DNA from: Amoebophrya sp. A120
Lineage: Eukaryota > Protista > Dinoflagellata
Assembly (NCBI GenBank): GCA_905178155.1
Contig: CAJINV010000007.1
Coordinates: forward strand, 938,627 to 1,002,626
Direction of reading: 5' to 3'
DNA length: 64,000 bases
Shown here: piece after piece, positions 39,701 to 51,700 of the stretch
Numbering within the stretch: the stretch's first letter is position 1
How the letters are laid out: the number at the start of each line of letters is the position of its first letter
Made by a program: the position numbers and the translations under genes
The notes under the pieces: generated by a model
Database searches by the model: none
Seen by the model: only the letters and a program-made list of their open reading frames with translations
What the model was told of the DNA's origin: nothing

Positions 39701-42700
39701 GCAACATCAACAATAACCGCGAACAACTTGCACACTAAGGTCTTGGATGTGAACACATCGGCGAGCGGATTATCCATTTAAATTTCTAAACTTCATTGTC
39801 TTTTTTAGTCTTCTCCTGGTCCCCGTCCTTGGCTCTTCTCTTTAGGCCCTTATCGGATGAGCTGTTTTTTCCGACTTGATTCGGGTCTTGTTCGGACCTG
39901 CCGTTTGGTCGTGTCCTCTTGTTCTCCCTCCTCCCCTGCTACTTAGTTTTCCTGGGTCCTTGTTCTCAACTAGGTAATCCTTGCGTCCTCCTCTCTACGA
40001 GCTTGACCTCTTGACTTCCCCCCCCCCCCCCCCCCCCTGTTCTTTTCCGACCTGCTCGGTCTCTGCGCTCCTTCCTTCTGTCCGTTTTTTATCGCCTAGT
40101 ATGAGCCCTCACTTCCAGAGGGACATCCTCCTAGCAAATTTTAAATTTCCTTTTTACAAGTTTACGGGCCTAATTCTGTTAAGGCAACCAAGTACTTAGG
40201 TTTAGCATTACAAATTTCTCAAGTCTGCTTTTTTAACTTGATAAAGTTATATCAGCAACAAGGGATGGATGTTCTAAGCGGTCTTTCTAAGCATGGGAGT
40301 TAACATGCTCGGAAATAACATCTCAAACATACAGGACAAAGAAGTGTTTTTAGCGCGTTCGTCGTAAAGTTTGTCTGCGTAAAGTTTTGGCGCATTCGTC
40401 TGTACTTCGTAAACTGACACGACAAAAATAGACTCGGTATCGTATTCTGACCTCGTGATTGCTCGACGTAAAGACTGAACTCATTAAACATACAAAATTG
40501 ATCTCGGTTTTGCACGTACTGACAGTTGTGTTTTGACAAAACGCAACGTAGCCATTCGCTTACGCGTATATATGTGATTTCACATCCACCGTCCACGTTC
40601 GGTGCTCGTAGCTCGTCTGGCAAAAACTCGGTTCGTCTCGTGTGCCTCGTAGCGTCCTAGTTTTGCGCCCATCGCCTTAGGTTGTTTCATAGCCGTTGCA
40701 GGCTACGTCCCTATGCTCTCCTCCTGGAGCTTGGATAGGGACGATTCCTTTTTTGCGCTGCTAAGCGGTTTAGGCACGGCGGCAGAGCAAGTTTTCACGC
40801 AGTGGTGAGCATGCACCCACGGTGCACTGCGTGTGGACCGAAACTTGTTCTGTGCGAGCACCCACGTAGACCCCCAGGCCCTTTTCATACCGCAGGTCCG
40901 GTATGCCTGTTCTCGGTCTTCTGGGACCCCGTGTGGCTGTAGTCGTCCTGTTGCCGCTGGCTCTCTTAGCTAGCTCGTTCGTTCGTTCAGTACCGTGCCA
41001 TTCGTATTCTGCAGCACTTCGTAAAGCCTTCCATCTACTTTTCTAAAGTATCTGACGTTTCCTTTTTCACCGCAGCGATGTGCCTGCACGCACCACCAGA
41101 AGTGCGACGAGGTGCCAATCGTGTTTCCACATGTGCCATCAGAAGTGCGTTGATGCGCGAGGGTCGTGAATGTTACATACATGCAGCATGCCCTGCTGCA
41201 TGTACTTCGGGTCCGGATGGATTTGTCATGCGGACACGCATGCATGGTTATGCATAATCATTTGCATTCTGCACTGACCTATCGCGGAACACGCACATAA
41301 AGAAGTCACGAAGCCATGACTTTTGTGTTGCCTGGTCCCCCCGGACCAGCACGGGGGACATCCGACGGACGGCGACGCAGCAGCTCGGGTGTGGAAGCCA
41401 AGACATAGAAGTACAAGATTTACTACCATCGCTGCGGATCATGAGGGGGAAATAGATTTTCCAGCGGTGCGAAGACTTAGTGATAGCGAGCAACATCGGT
41501 TTCTGCACATGCGCATCTCCGTCTTGGGCTTTTTATCGGCTGGCCGAATTTTTGAACTCCGTCTTCGGCATTCCATCCCCTTGACCGTCGCTGAAGCTTC
41601 TCCCCATCCTGTTTACGAAGCAGTGCTTCACACGCGCGACCAGAACATGCAGTCTTTTCTTCAACACGCTTGCCGACCGCTGCGGGAAAGTTCCAAAAAA
41701 TTTGCATGCACATCGGAGAATAGTTTATTTACGATGGGGCTACTAGAACTATTTAGAAATAAAATTTTAGTGGTTTACGTAATCGGGGGGCGGCTTGATG
41801 TCTGCGGCGGATGATGACAGTGCGCACACTCCTACAAATACATGGCTGCCGGGCTGCTTCCCGGTTGGTCTAGTACAAACAAACACTTTGGCACTGATCC
41901 GCTAAACACCTTGCTGCCTGCCCCGCCCGCTCGGGGAGTAATTATCTCTAGACAGGGCACCATCTGCGGTTGTCCTTTAGGGCGTTCGAGTCTAGATAGA
42001 ATGCTACCATGCGTAAATCTTTCATTTTGCATGGGCTCCTGGTGGCTGCTTCCACCGTCGGGGAGTATAATCTGACCAAACATAAGTCATTGGCCACTGG
42101 GTCGCTGTGACGCCGTGCCTGCACGCACCATCAGAAGTGCGACGAGGTGCCAATCGTGTTGATGCACGCACCGTCAGAAGTGCGTTGATGCGCGAGGGTC
42201 GTGAATGAATGAATGAATGAAATTTTTATTGGTTTTAGTATGGCCTGATGCCAGTAGGGACGAACAGCCCGTAGACCTCCGATGTGATGCTGATTTGTGG
42301 TCACAAATCATCGCTGTCTTCCTTATAGGGCAATAGGAGCCATGTGGCGCATTCCAAAGCCAATCTGTCATGCGCTTTCGGCTACTGCATACCCGAACAG
42401 GCTGAGGAAGTGCCGTCAAGCACTTTCTGCAAGAGAAAGCTGATTTGTGTACGCAAATTCAGCATTACAAACTTCGTTCTGATATGGGGTGGGGGGATTT
42501 TTCCTCACAATAAGCGAGCACCGAGGCGGAGATGGATATTCTTCCCTTGGAAAATATGGAAGCGTCAGGTTTGAAATCGACAAAGTTGAAATGATTTGTC
42601 ATGCATAAATTGCAAGGCATGAAGTGCCTCTCTTGTAGGGGCGGCAAGTGAGGCCGACTGTCAGCCTGTTTCGGGTCTGCGGTAGAGCTGCTAAAGTAGC

Positions 42701-45700
42701 ATGACAAAAGACGCCCCCTGTCCCTAAACAGCACGACAAACAGGATTTAGACGGCGCCGAAATTTGTCATGCGCCGCTTGTCTTCTTCCTGATGTCCCAC
42801 CTGCTCAATTCTCTCCACCCCGGACCGACATTTCCGGTTGCCCCGATACTGCTGCAGACCCGACAGCTACCGATAGCACCCACGTGGTGAATTCACGTGG
42901 CCACCGGGGAAAGCCTCCCGCCCGTCCTCAACGCGCAGCTGCGGCGCCCTGTCCCCGGTTTTCTACACTCTCCTCGGCCCTCCATCTAGAACTTGCTGTT
43001 GCCGATTTCCAGAAAAGATTACTCCAGATAAGCCAACGAACCCCGGAATGAAGGGGCCGCGCTCTGCCCCCACGAGCTTTCACTTGTGCGCGCTGGGGGT
43101 AGTGGCGTGTGCTGCTCCTGCCTGGTCGGCTTTGTCACCGGCTGGCACTCGTAAAACTATCCTCCTAAAAGATCCACAAGATAATAGAAAACTTCGTCCA
43201 TAATGAGTATGGAGATGGTGATGGTCTAGCCCGCAGCTCCTCCTATCCGTTGCTGGTGACCTGGTCTGTTTTCTGACAATAAGCGCTGTGTCGTCTAATC
43301 TATGGGTGCGAGTAGATGTATTAGTGCCCGGCGGGTTTCTCGCAGCAATAAGGAAACTGGCAAGGATAAACATCTGTCTGTGCTTCCAGTGCGCAGATGG
43401 ACTGTGCTCTGCCAAATAGTGAAGTAGTTTGGACTGCTCCAGTTCTGGTCCCGTTGCTGTATATTGTGCTCGGGTGCTGGGTGGAAAGGTCCAACAAATA
43501 TGTTGGCGTGTGTGTGTGTGTGAGGAGGATAGTTTGGAGTGCCAGGTCCGTTGGGCCCGGGGTGGCGGCGTCTTTGGGTTGATCAACTCACCCGAAACAC
43601 AATGCCATGCCCGCAGTAGCACAGTCTGTTTATGTCATGCGCCGCTTGGAAATTGGGCTTCCAAGTGGTATCGATTTTATGCATTACAAATTTTTTATTC
43701 AACTTTGACGATTTCGATCCTGACGCACCCATAGAAAACATCATCTTGCAACTTCTGGTCGGCTTGCAGGACGAAAAGTCGCAGAAGATTCTCACCGGAG
43801 GAGGTGGGGGAACTACATCTTCAAGCGGTGCGGGTGGTAGAAATGAGAATGTTACAACTTCTACGACAACACCAAGAGCAATACCAACATCCACATCCTC
43901 TGTGAAGAACAAGAACACCAAGCGTGCCGCACAGCTCGATATCATCGACACGTTTAAAGAGTGCCTCAAATACGCCCCCATATGAATTGCAAAACCAAAA
44001 GTATCGTATTCGTACTCGTATAAATACTAAACGGAAAAGTCCGGGAACGGGAATTTTTGCAAAAAAATTGTCACCGGCCCCGGCGCACTCCCCGACGTAG
44101 GTGCCCGCTTTCAGGTTGAGGAGAAGGTGCTGCAGGAGATCGGAAGTCCAGCACCGCGAAAAAGGTGCCCGTCAGTCCAGGCACGGGAGCATCTGGGCGA
44201 TTCGGCGAGCTTGTTTTCCCAGATAGGACATCATTATTCAAAAACTTAAAAAATCATCTTCAGGTACTCGCCGACTTACCTCTTTCCCGGGAAATAAAGC
44301 ACTAATCTCCACACACTAAACTAGTTAATCGCATACAGTCACACTGATGGTCTAGATAAATAAAAACCACTCTTATCATCATTCAAAACTAGACTCAGGC
44401 CCACGTGTTGGGAGTATGTTTTTGCGCCTCCGGAGATGAACCAGATGCACGCGGTCCGCTATTCTCTCGCCCCGCCAAGTCCGCCACAATCTCCACTTGT
44501 TGCACCACCTGGTGCAACAATGCTACGTGACGGCCTACCTGGATCACCTGGACGAACGACTCCTCCGAGGTATGGCCTTCCGCCCGTCTGGTGCCGGATC
44601 CGGACGCCCCTTGCGACATCCTACGCAACCGTTCTCGCCTGTCTGACATGAGGAATTGCTGCTTTGATTTTGAATGCGTAAGTCGCTATGGAGTGTTTAT
44701 CTAGCTAGTTTAGTGTGTGGAGATTAGTGCTTTACTCTGCCGCCTTTCGTCCGGGCCCAGGTAAGGACTTCTTTTACTGCTCGAGCCTTCTCTCGGCAAT
44801 CTTTGGAGAGCAGTGATTGAGCCTCCTCTGCTGCGCCTGATTGTAGAGACCTTGACTTTGGTTGATATGTTTTTGCAGTATGGAATCAATGAAACAAAGA
44901 ACAACACACACAGGGCCGACAAACTTACCTCGCCGCGCCACCTAACAATTTTTTTGCAAAAATTCCCGTTCCCGGACTTTTCCGTTTAGTAATAAATGCA
45001 TTACAAGTTATTTCCTCAGCATGAAAAATATAATTTGCAATGCTGATTTACCCGAAGAAAAAGATTTGTAATGCACGACTGCACTACGAGTGCGATACTT
45101 TTGCTTTTGCACAGGATACCCCAGTCCGCCCGTCGATGACGCGATTACCATTGGGCTCACGGAACTTGAGTCGCTGGGCGCGATTGAGTATCAACAGGTG
45201 GTAGGATCTACTACAACCAACACGGCACCCCAATATCTCTCGAAGCAGCTGCGCGTGACGCCTATCCCACGAAAAAAGTGTTACAGTTACACATTTGTAG
45301 TTAATTCAGCAACACAAATTTCTCTGCATGAGACAGAAAACTTGTAATGCAGAAATCCTACGGGAAAACAGAAACACGTATGAAACGAGGCTCCTATGCA
45401 TATACGGCATGACAGAGCTTGTCTGCCTTGCTTGGCCTGCAACACAATGTGTACTCCCGCAGAGGGAGCGAAAGAGCACGGCCCGAGCAATTGAAACTGT
45501 CTTGATTTGCATGAAAGGGGCCCGAAAATGAAACGCTCAGCGCTCCCCGGAATCGATTCAAATAAAACGCGAACGCCTGCCGGGGCGGTTGGCAAAAGAA
45601 AGACAGGGAAGCGACCAGAGGCCGGCGCCTTGGGGACGGCGACGGCCCTCCCGGCGCCTGCGCTCCCAGGGCGTGACAAATAGCAGGCAAGGCGGCCGCC

Positions 45701-48700
45701 GCAGCCGGCTCTGTCTTCCTTGTGCCCGTGCCGCGGCCGCTGCGTAGTTGTGTTGGTTGCCCTGAGTTTCATTTCGTGCCGCCCTGCGAGAATTTGCGTG
45801 GCTCTGGGCGAGCGGGCCGGACGCCCGTGGTACGTAGGGGGCGCCGAGTCTCCGCGTCCTTGCTTGGTCGCTGCGCCTTTGCCGCGGTTGGCGCGCTGCT
45901 CTGAGTTGCATGTTGCGCCGCCCCGCGGGAATTCGTCTGGCCCTGGGCGAGCGGGCCGGGCGCCAGTGGTAGGGGGCGCCGAGTCAGTCTCCGTGCCCTG
46001 GTCTGGCCGCTCTGTCGTTGCGGTGGTTGGTTCGTGCCTCTGAGTTGCATGTCGCGCCGCCCCGCGGGAATTTGCCTGGCCATAGGCGAGCGGGCCGGGC
46101 GCCAGTGGTAGACTAGAGGGCGCCGAGTTTCCGTGCCCTCGCTCGCCTGGCCGTTGCGTCTTTTAGCTGGGTGGTTCGTATGTAGTGAGGTCGCCGCACG
46201 GCTCTAGCCAGCCAGGGAGTTTTTTTGCCATATACCGTGAAAAACGGGCGGCAGTTTTCAATCGGCCGGCGGTGTTTTTGAACATAAAAAGCTTTCACTT
46301 GTCAATCGGCTCTGGCTGACCTGGCACCGAATCGCCAGCGGATTCTATCGGTCGCCGATCTAAAAAACGACGCAGAGGAGTCAGCAAAAGGGGCGCCATT
46401 CTGAGGCGCCTGGCGCACCTAATTCCGCCGATTTGGGGCGCCCTAAAAGGGGCGCCGAAAAAGTGCGAAGGCGGCAAAAGCTTCGAATCCGCATGCTTTG
46501 CGCGCCATTTTTGGCCACTTTTCGAGGTCGCAAAGACGGCCAACAAAATCGGGCATCTGTAATGTGGGGAGCAATCCAAGGCGCGCGACTTTTCAGCAAA
46601 AAAAAACAAAAAGCGGAAAGCTCGCCAAAATCTTAAAGCCAATCAAACAATCCGCATGCCATTGGCCCGATTTGGGGCGCCCAGGGGGCCGGGCTTGGTG
46701 GGGGCCCTTGGGTGGCTATAGCACTGGGCAGCGCATCACAAGGCGATCCTTGGCAAATACCCACGCGCTCGGTTTCGTCGTGATCTCGTGCTGTGTGGGT
46801 TTGTCGCTTTCGAAATTTTTCCCGACAAGTATTTTGCTGATATTTCAACAACCGAGCGGCATAGCTTCAACGCTTTAGCTGCGCAGCGACGGTTAGAGCG
46901 ACGACTGAAGCGCAAGCCACTGAACGAGAAACAGCAGCAAGCTTACGATCGTGTCAGCGATATGGTTGGACGGTTGGCAGCGTACAAACTACAAAATAGC
47001 GCGACGCATGCCGCGAATGTTGAGGCGGCTGCGACGTCTCCGCCGCTGATTTTCCCGCCGCAACACATTCAGGGACGACGGGGCACAGGCAAGACGCACC
47101 GCGGAAGATGTTTGCGGGACATGGTCACGGGCGCTGGCTTGCGGGGTGTGTGCTGCGCTCCCAGTGGCGCTGCTGCGCGATTATATGGCCTCGATGCCCA
47201 TACCATTCACGCGCTCATCAACGTGGCACCGTCACGAACTAAACTACAGCCGGATGGTTTAGCGTTTGAAGATATTGTGACCCCTACGGCCGAAAACGAT
47301 GCATGTTTGCGCTCGTTGGATTTTACATTGTGTGACGAAATTTATTCGGCGCAGGCGGCGTGGATCTTCGAACTTGACGCGGCGTTGCGGCGTGCGCGAA
47401 GCAATCCCGCGCCATTTGGTGGCGTCATTTTTGTGGGGATTGGCGATCGGCATCAGCAGCTTCCCGTATTAAACACGGCGGGTTTTTATGGATCACACTT
47501 GCCAGTCGCTCGCGCGGATTTGCTAGCCCATTCAGTGCATGCCGTTTCGTTTTTGAAGAAGCCCGTCGCAGAACTGCACCAGTTGGACAAATTGGAGCGA
47601 AAAAACGCGAACACCGAGCAAAGTTGGGCCGATTTCGTCGAAACCTTGGCAACGGAATCGCAAGACATTGACTTGCACAGGTTTGCGCACGTTAACAAAA
47701 TAACAGCAGCAGAGCGCGTCGCTTTGTCACCACGCGCGCAAATTTTAGCCGCTACGCATCACCAATGCCGTCGCTGGAATAAACTCGTTCTCGAAACGCA
47801 TCGCGCATTCAACCCCAGAGCTAAAGCAGTGACATATCGCGCAGAAGGGCGCTGCGAGTATGCTCCCTGTGGGAGTATCTGCGAAACAGTCCCCGGAGAC
47901 GATTGCCCGCCTATCGACTTGGAGCTCGTCGAAGGGTCTCGCGTGGAATTCTGTCGGCGTTATGGGTCCGTCGTGAAGCACACGAAAGGCGTCGCGCGCT
48001 ATTTAGGGCGTGACTTTGTGTCGCTCGAAGTTGAAACCGAAGGCGAGGCCGACACACTTGACGCGGAGCCATATACCAGCATGCTGCTTGTGCCGCGTCT
48101 GCCTATTCGAGTGGTCGACGCTTACGGGGAAGAGCGTCGGCATTTGCAATGTCCCTTGCGGCTAGCTTATTGCAAAACGTTCCACGCCGTTCAAGGCGTC
48201 ACAGTATCAGGCGAGTTGTTGCTTGACTCAGATGTCGACGCGTTTACGCATGGGGCGGGTTATGTGGTGTTCGGGCGAGTTGAAGACGAGTCGCAAATTA
48301 CAACGGTTTCGCTCAATGATGAGAGGCCGGAAAAGCTGACCAACATAGTGTGGCCGGAATTTCTCGCGTGACTGAGCGCATCCCGACCCGTCTGATCCAT
48401 ACACCGAAAAACACACGGCGACGCTTCATACGTCGCACCTTACGCGCTTGCTCGCTGCTCCTTTCTGCGCGATTGTGTTCCGGGATGCTTCGTCAGTCCA
48501 CTGCTCTACTTTGTTGCTCAGCCGACGACCTTGACAATTTGAAAAACCGCGCGCCATTGCTAATTTTCCAGTCCGCTTGTCGTGGTCGCAGCATTGTTTT
48601 GAGGTTTTTGATCTGATTTGTGCACCGTTTTGCGCGTTTTGCTGAGAACCGCCCGGCTTCGGTGCCATTTTGTACCGTTTCGCAAACTGATGGCGCAACT

Positions 48701-51700
48701 TGCGCGCATTTTGATCCATTTGCACCAACTTGAGGCAAGTTTGCGCGTTTTCGTGCTTTTTGCATAGCTTTCGCGGTCATTTTGCTGCTTTTGTTATTGA
48801 ATTAAGCCAAAGCAGTGCCATTCTCGCCGTTTGCAATGCTACTGGCTGCATTTGTTGCGTTTTTGACTCGTTTGCAATTGAACTAAGCCAAAACAGTGCC
48901 GCTTTTGCCCGTTTGCAATGCTACTGCTTATATTTGTTGCGTTTTTGACTAATTTGCAATTGAACTAAGCCAAAACAGTGCCACTTTTGCCGGTTTGCAA
49001 TGCTACTGGCTACATTTGTTGCGTTTTTGACTAGTTTGCAGCGTTTTCGTTGTCATTTTGCACGATTTCGCATGCTATTGACCTAATTTGCGCGCATTTT
49101 GTCCCGTTTGCTTTACAAAAACGCAGGCCCGAACCGCAACAATTTGCGAAATTTCGGCGAATATTCGCGGACTTTTTTTCGTCGCATTTTCCTCGATTTG
49201 GAACGTTTTTCGTGGCTTTTGCCATCGTTTTGACGTTTTTGCGTCGATTTTTGCACCATTTTGCAAGTTTTGCATCGAGAAAAATTCAGCGATTTTCGGT
49301 GCATGTGTTGCGTGTTTCGTAACATAATTTATAAAGTAACTGCAACACTTTTTTCTTGCGATAACGCCGCTCGGACACTTGCTGGTGAAACTTCCGATGG
49401 ATGCGCGGTTAGGGAAACTCCTGTATCCCGTGCAAAAGTATCGTACTTGTAGTGCAATCATGCATTACAAATCTTTTTCTTAAGGTACCCAAATTTTATT
49501 TCTCATGCTGAGGAAATTTGTAATGTATTTATACGAGTGCGATACTTTTGCAATTCATATCCTGATCTACGCGTCTATTCTCGGCTGTCCCATCGAAGGC
49601 GCTAGCTTGGTGGCCATGCTATCTGTGAAAAATCCGCTGCAGATATCCTGAGAAAAAACGTCACCACCCCAGATGGTGATTTTGCTACACAAGCCCGGAT
49701 GTTTTGTGTGTTGCGCATGACAAGTTTGGCCTCGTATACGTATTTTGATCCTGTTTATTAATAGCCTGCGAAACCGCATCACAAGTCGACCGTCTTATCC
49801 TGATTCTAGCATGACAGACTCCCGGATAGTACAACTAGCGGTAGTGTGAGACAGCACTGCTCATGCGGCCCTGCGCATAGGAAACATTTTAGACCTGCAG
49901 ATTTGCATGACAGCTATGGGGAGGGACGTTTTTAAACAGGACGCCAGAAAATTTGGACCAAGCAGGAGGCCGAGAAGCGGCTGCACTACCGCCGGAAGTA
50001 TTTGAAGCCGGGCGGAACGAAGTCGGATCACTATCAAAAGGAAAAATGCCCCCTCCCCATATCGAAATGGAAATCTGTGATGCGGAATTTGTGTACACAA
50101 ATCGGCTTTGTCTTGCAGAAGAGGACTGCAGGCAGATGCAGGACCTGAGTAGGGGCGTTTTGGCGTAGGCACCTAGCAGGGCAGGCGCGTCCTCTATAGG
50201 CCACATAGCATCACAAATTGCCTGCAGAACGCGGCGGGGCTTTTCGATTTGCCTTCTTTCAGTCCAGAGACGTTACAAATCAGCATCGCAAATTTTCAGA
50301 AGTGTTCCGCTTTGGTATGGGAAGAGGGGTTTTTTCCTTACGATAGCCACTGTTTTTTAGCGAGTTTGCTGCTGGTGAAGGAGAAATACAACTTGTCTGA
50401 TGACTACTTTGCGGACGAATTGAAAGTCCTGCCGGGATCCATCAAGGACGGCCTGAAACTGCGGAAACAGTATGCATTGCAAATATGTCTGGGTCTGGAA
50501 CAAGATGGCAACTTGTCATGCCCAATCTGAATGATGCAAAAAATCTGTGTTGCATGGTTGCCAACAGCCGTCCTTTTTTAACAAGTTGAGAGGGAATTTC
50601 TCATGCAGCATAGGCATGAAAGAGATCCCACAGAATCTGTCATGCCAGGTGCTGCATTGCAGACCTCATGGGTCGTCATGGAAACTGGCGTGACAAATCT
50701 TACATCCTGCTGCTTCCAGATGCAGACATATTTGCATTTGATAAACAGTATCTCCAGTCGATGGCACACCTGGGTTTTCTGTACCAGCAAGACGCAAGAG
50801 CAGTGGCGACGTCCAGAAGTTCTGCTTTTCTTGATCATGCATCACGGAGAAACAATAAATCTTCTGGCGTGGCGCGGTCTTCATCTCCCTCGCCGAACTG
50901 GCAGTGGCATCTGTTGAAGGCCGCAGTATATGACGTGCTGATGCATTACAATCTCAAACGTATACAATAGAATCTGGATTTTGTATTGCATGATGAGCAT
51001 AAGTAACAGACTCGGGGAGCATTCCACTTGCTGCAATACAAATTTCGACAGTTTGTAGTGCGGTTTGGGACCACTCCGGAACTTGTCAGGCGCAATCCTA
51101 TCAGAGTTGTTGGCTAGATAATTCACTTCTTGCATCACAAGTTTCCAGATTCTATTGTAACGTTTGAGATTGTAACACCTGAGCGGGCTATACAGTAACG
51201 TCAAGTTTTTTCCTCGTGAAGACGGTCAAGCCCGCGCCGACGTTTCGAAAAATCGGGTTGGGCAGTTCCATATCAGTTGCAAAACTATTCTCGTACTACG
51301 TAGTGATTGCTTTATTGCATTAGAAATTAGCTCAGCATGACAAATGGACTTTGTCATGCTTCTTCCCCTTGAGAACTAGATTTGTATTGCACGACTGCGA
51401 TTACAACTACGAGTCCGATACTTTTGCAATGCATATTCCACCGTGATGGACTTACCGGACCCAATATCAAACAAAAAAGTGTTAACGTTAACGGTTTTCA
51501 CAGTCAGATGGCAGTTATACATTACAGCTTTTGCCTTCCATGCATGCTACGCAATACAAATTTGGGCACCTTTTGTGATGCGTTACTGCATCACAAATTC
51601 CGTTAACGTTAACGCTTTTGCTTGTGATACCCAATGCTGACCAAGTATTTCCAGCTCGAAAGGGACCCCTTTGCGTACAAGGTGAATTATGAATTGCAAA

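Larger units (their letters stand above)
37769..42512. mobile_element. Introner family F carrying 4.45-kb insertion
   Basis: TIR TAT..GAAAAATCCCCCCTCCCCATATC; DR agcga; removal gives LEASTEAEMDILPLEN. Confidence 0.85.
45453..49337 (+). mobile_element. Helitron-like (rolling-circle-type) element encoding PIF1 helicase
   Basis: Interrupts host TGTGT|AACTGC; no long TIR; hairpin CTCCC-GCAGA-GGGAG at left end; minisatellites; Helitron-type helicase ORF. Confidence 0.7.
45263..49363. mobile_element. Introner family H2 carrying 3.9-kb PIF1 element
   Basis: TIR TATCCCACGAAAAAAGTGTTACAGTTAC; DR acgcc; removal gives VTPLGHLL. Confidence 0.87.

Noticed and set aside
42241-42280. Hammerhead ribozyme (CTGATG...GAA)
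   Set aside because: Core lacks CUGANGA and GAAA, and the stems do not form.
45263-49363. PIF1 element as the autonomous master introner
   Set aside because: The first ~190 bp and last ~26 bp join into an ordinary short introner, so the helicase segment is a secondary insertion. A helicase alone would not create 5-bp TSDs.
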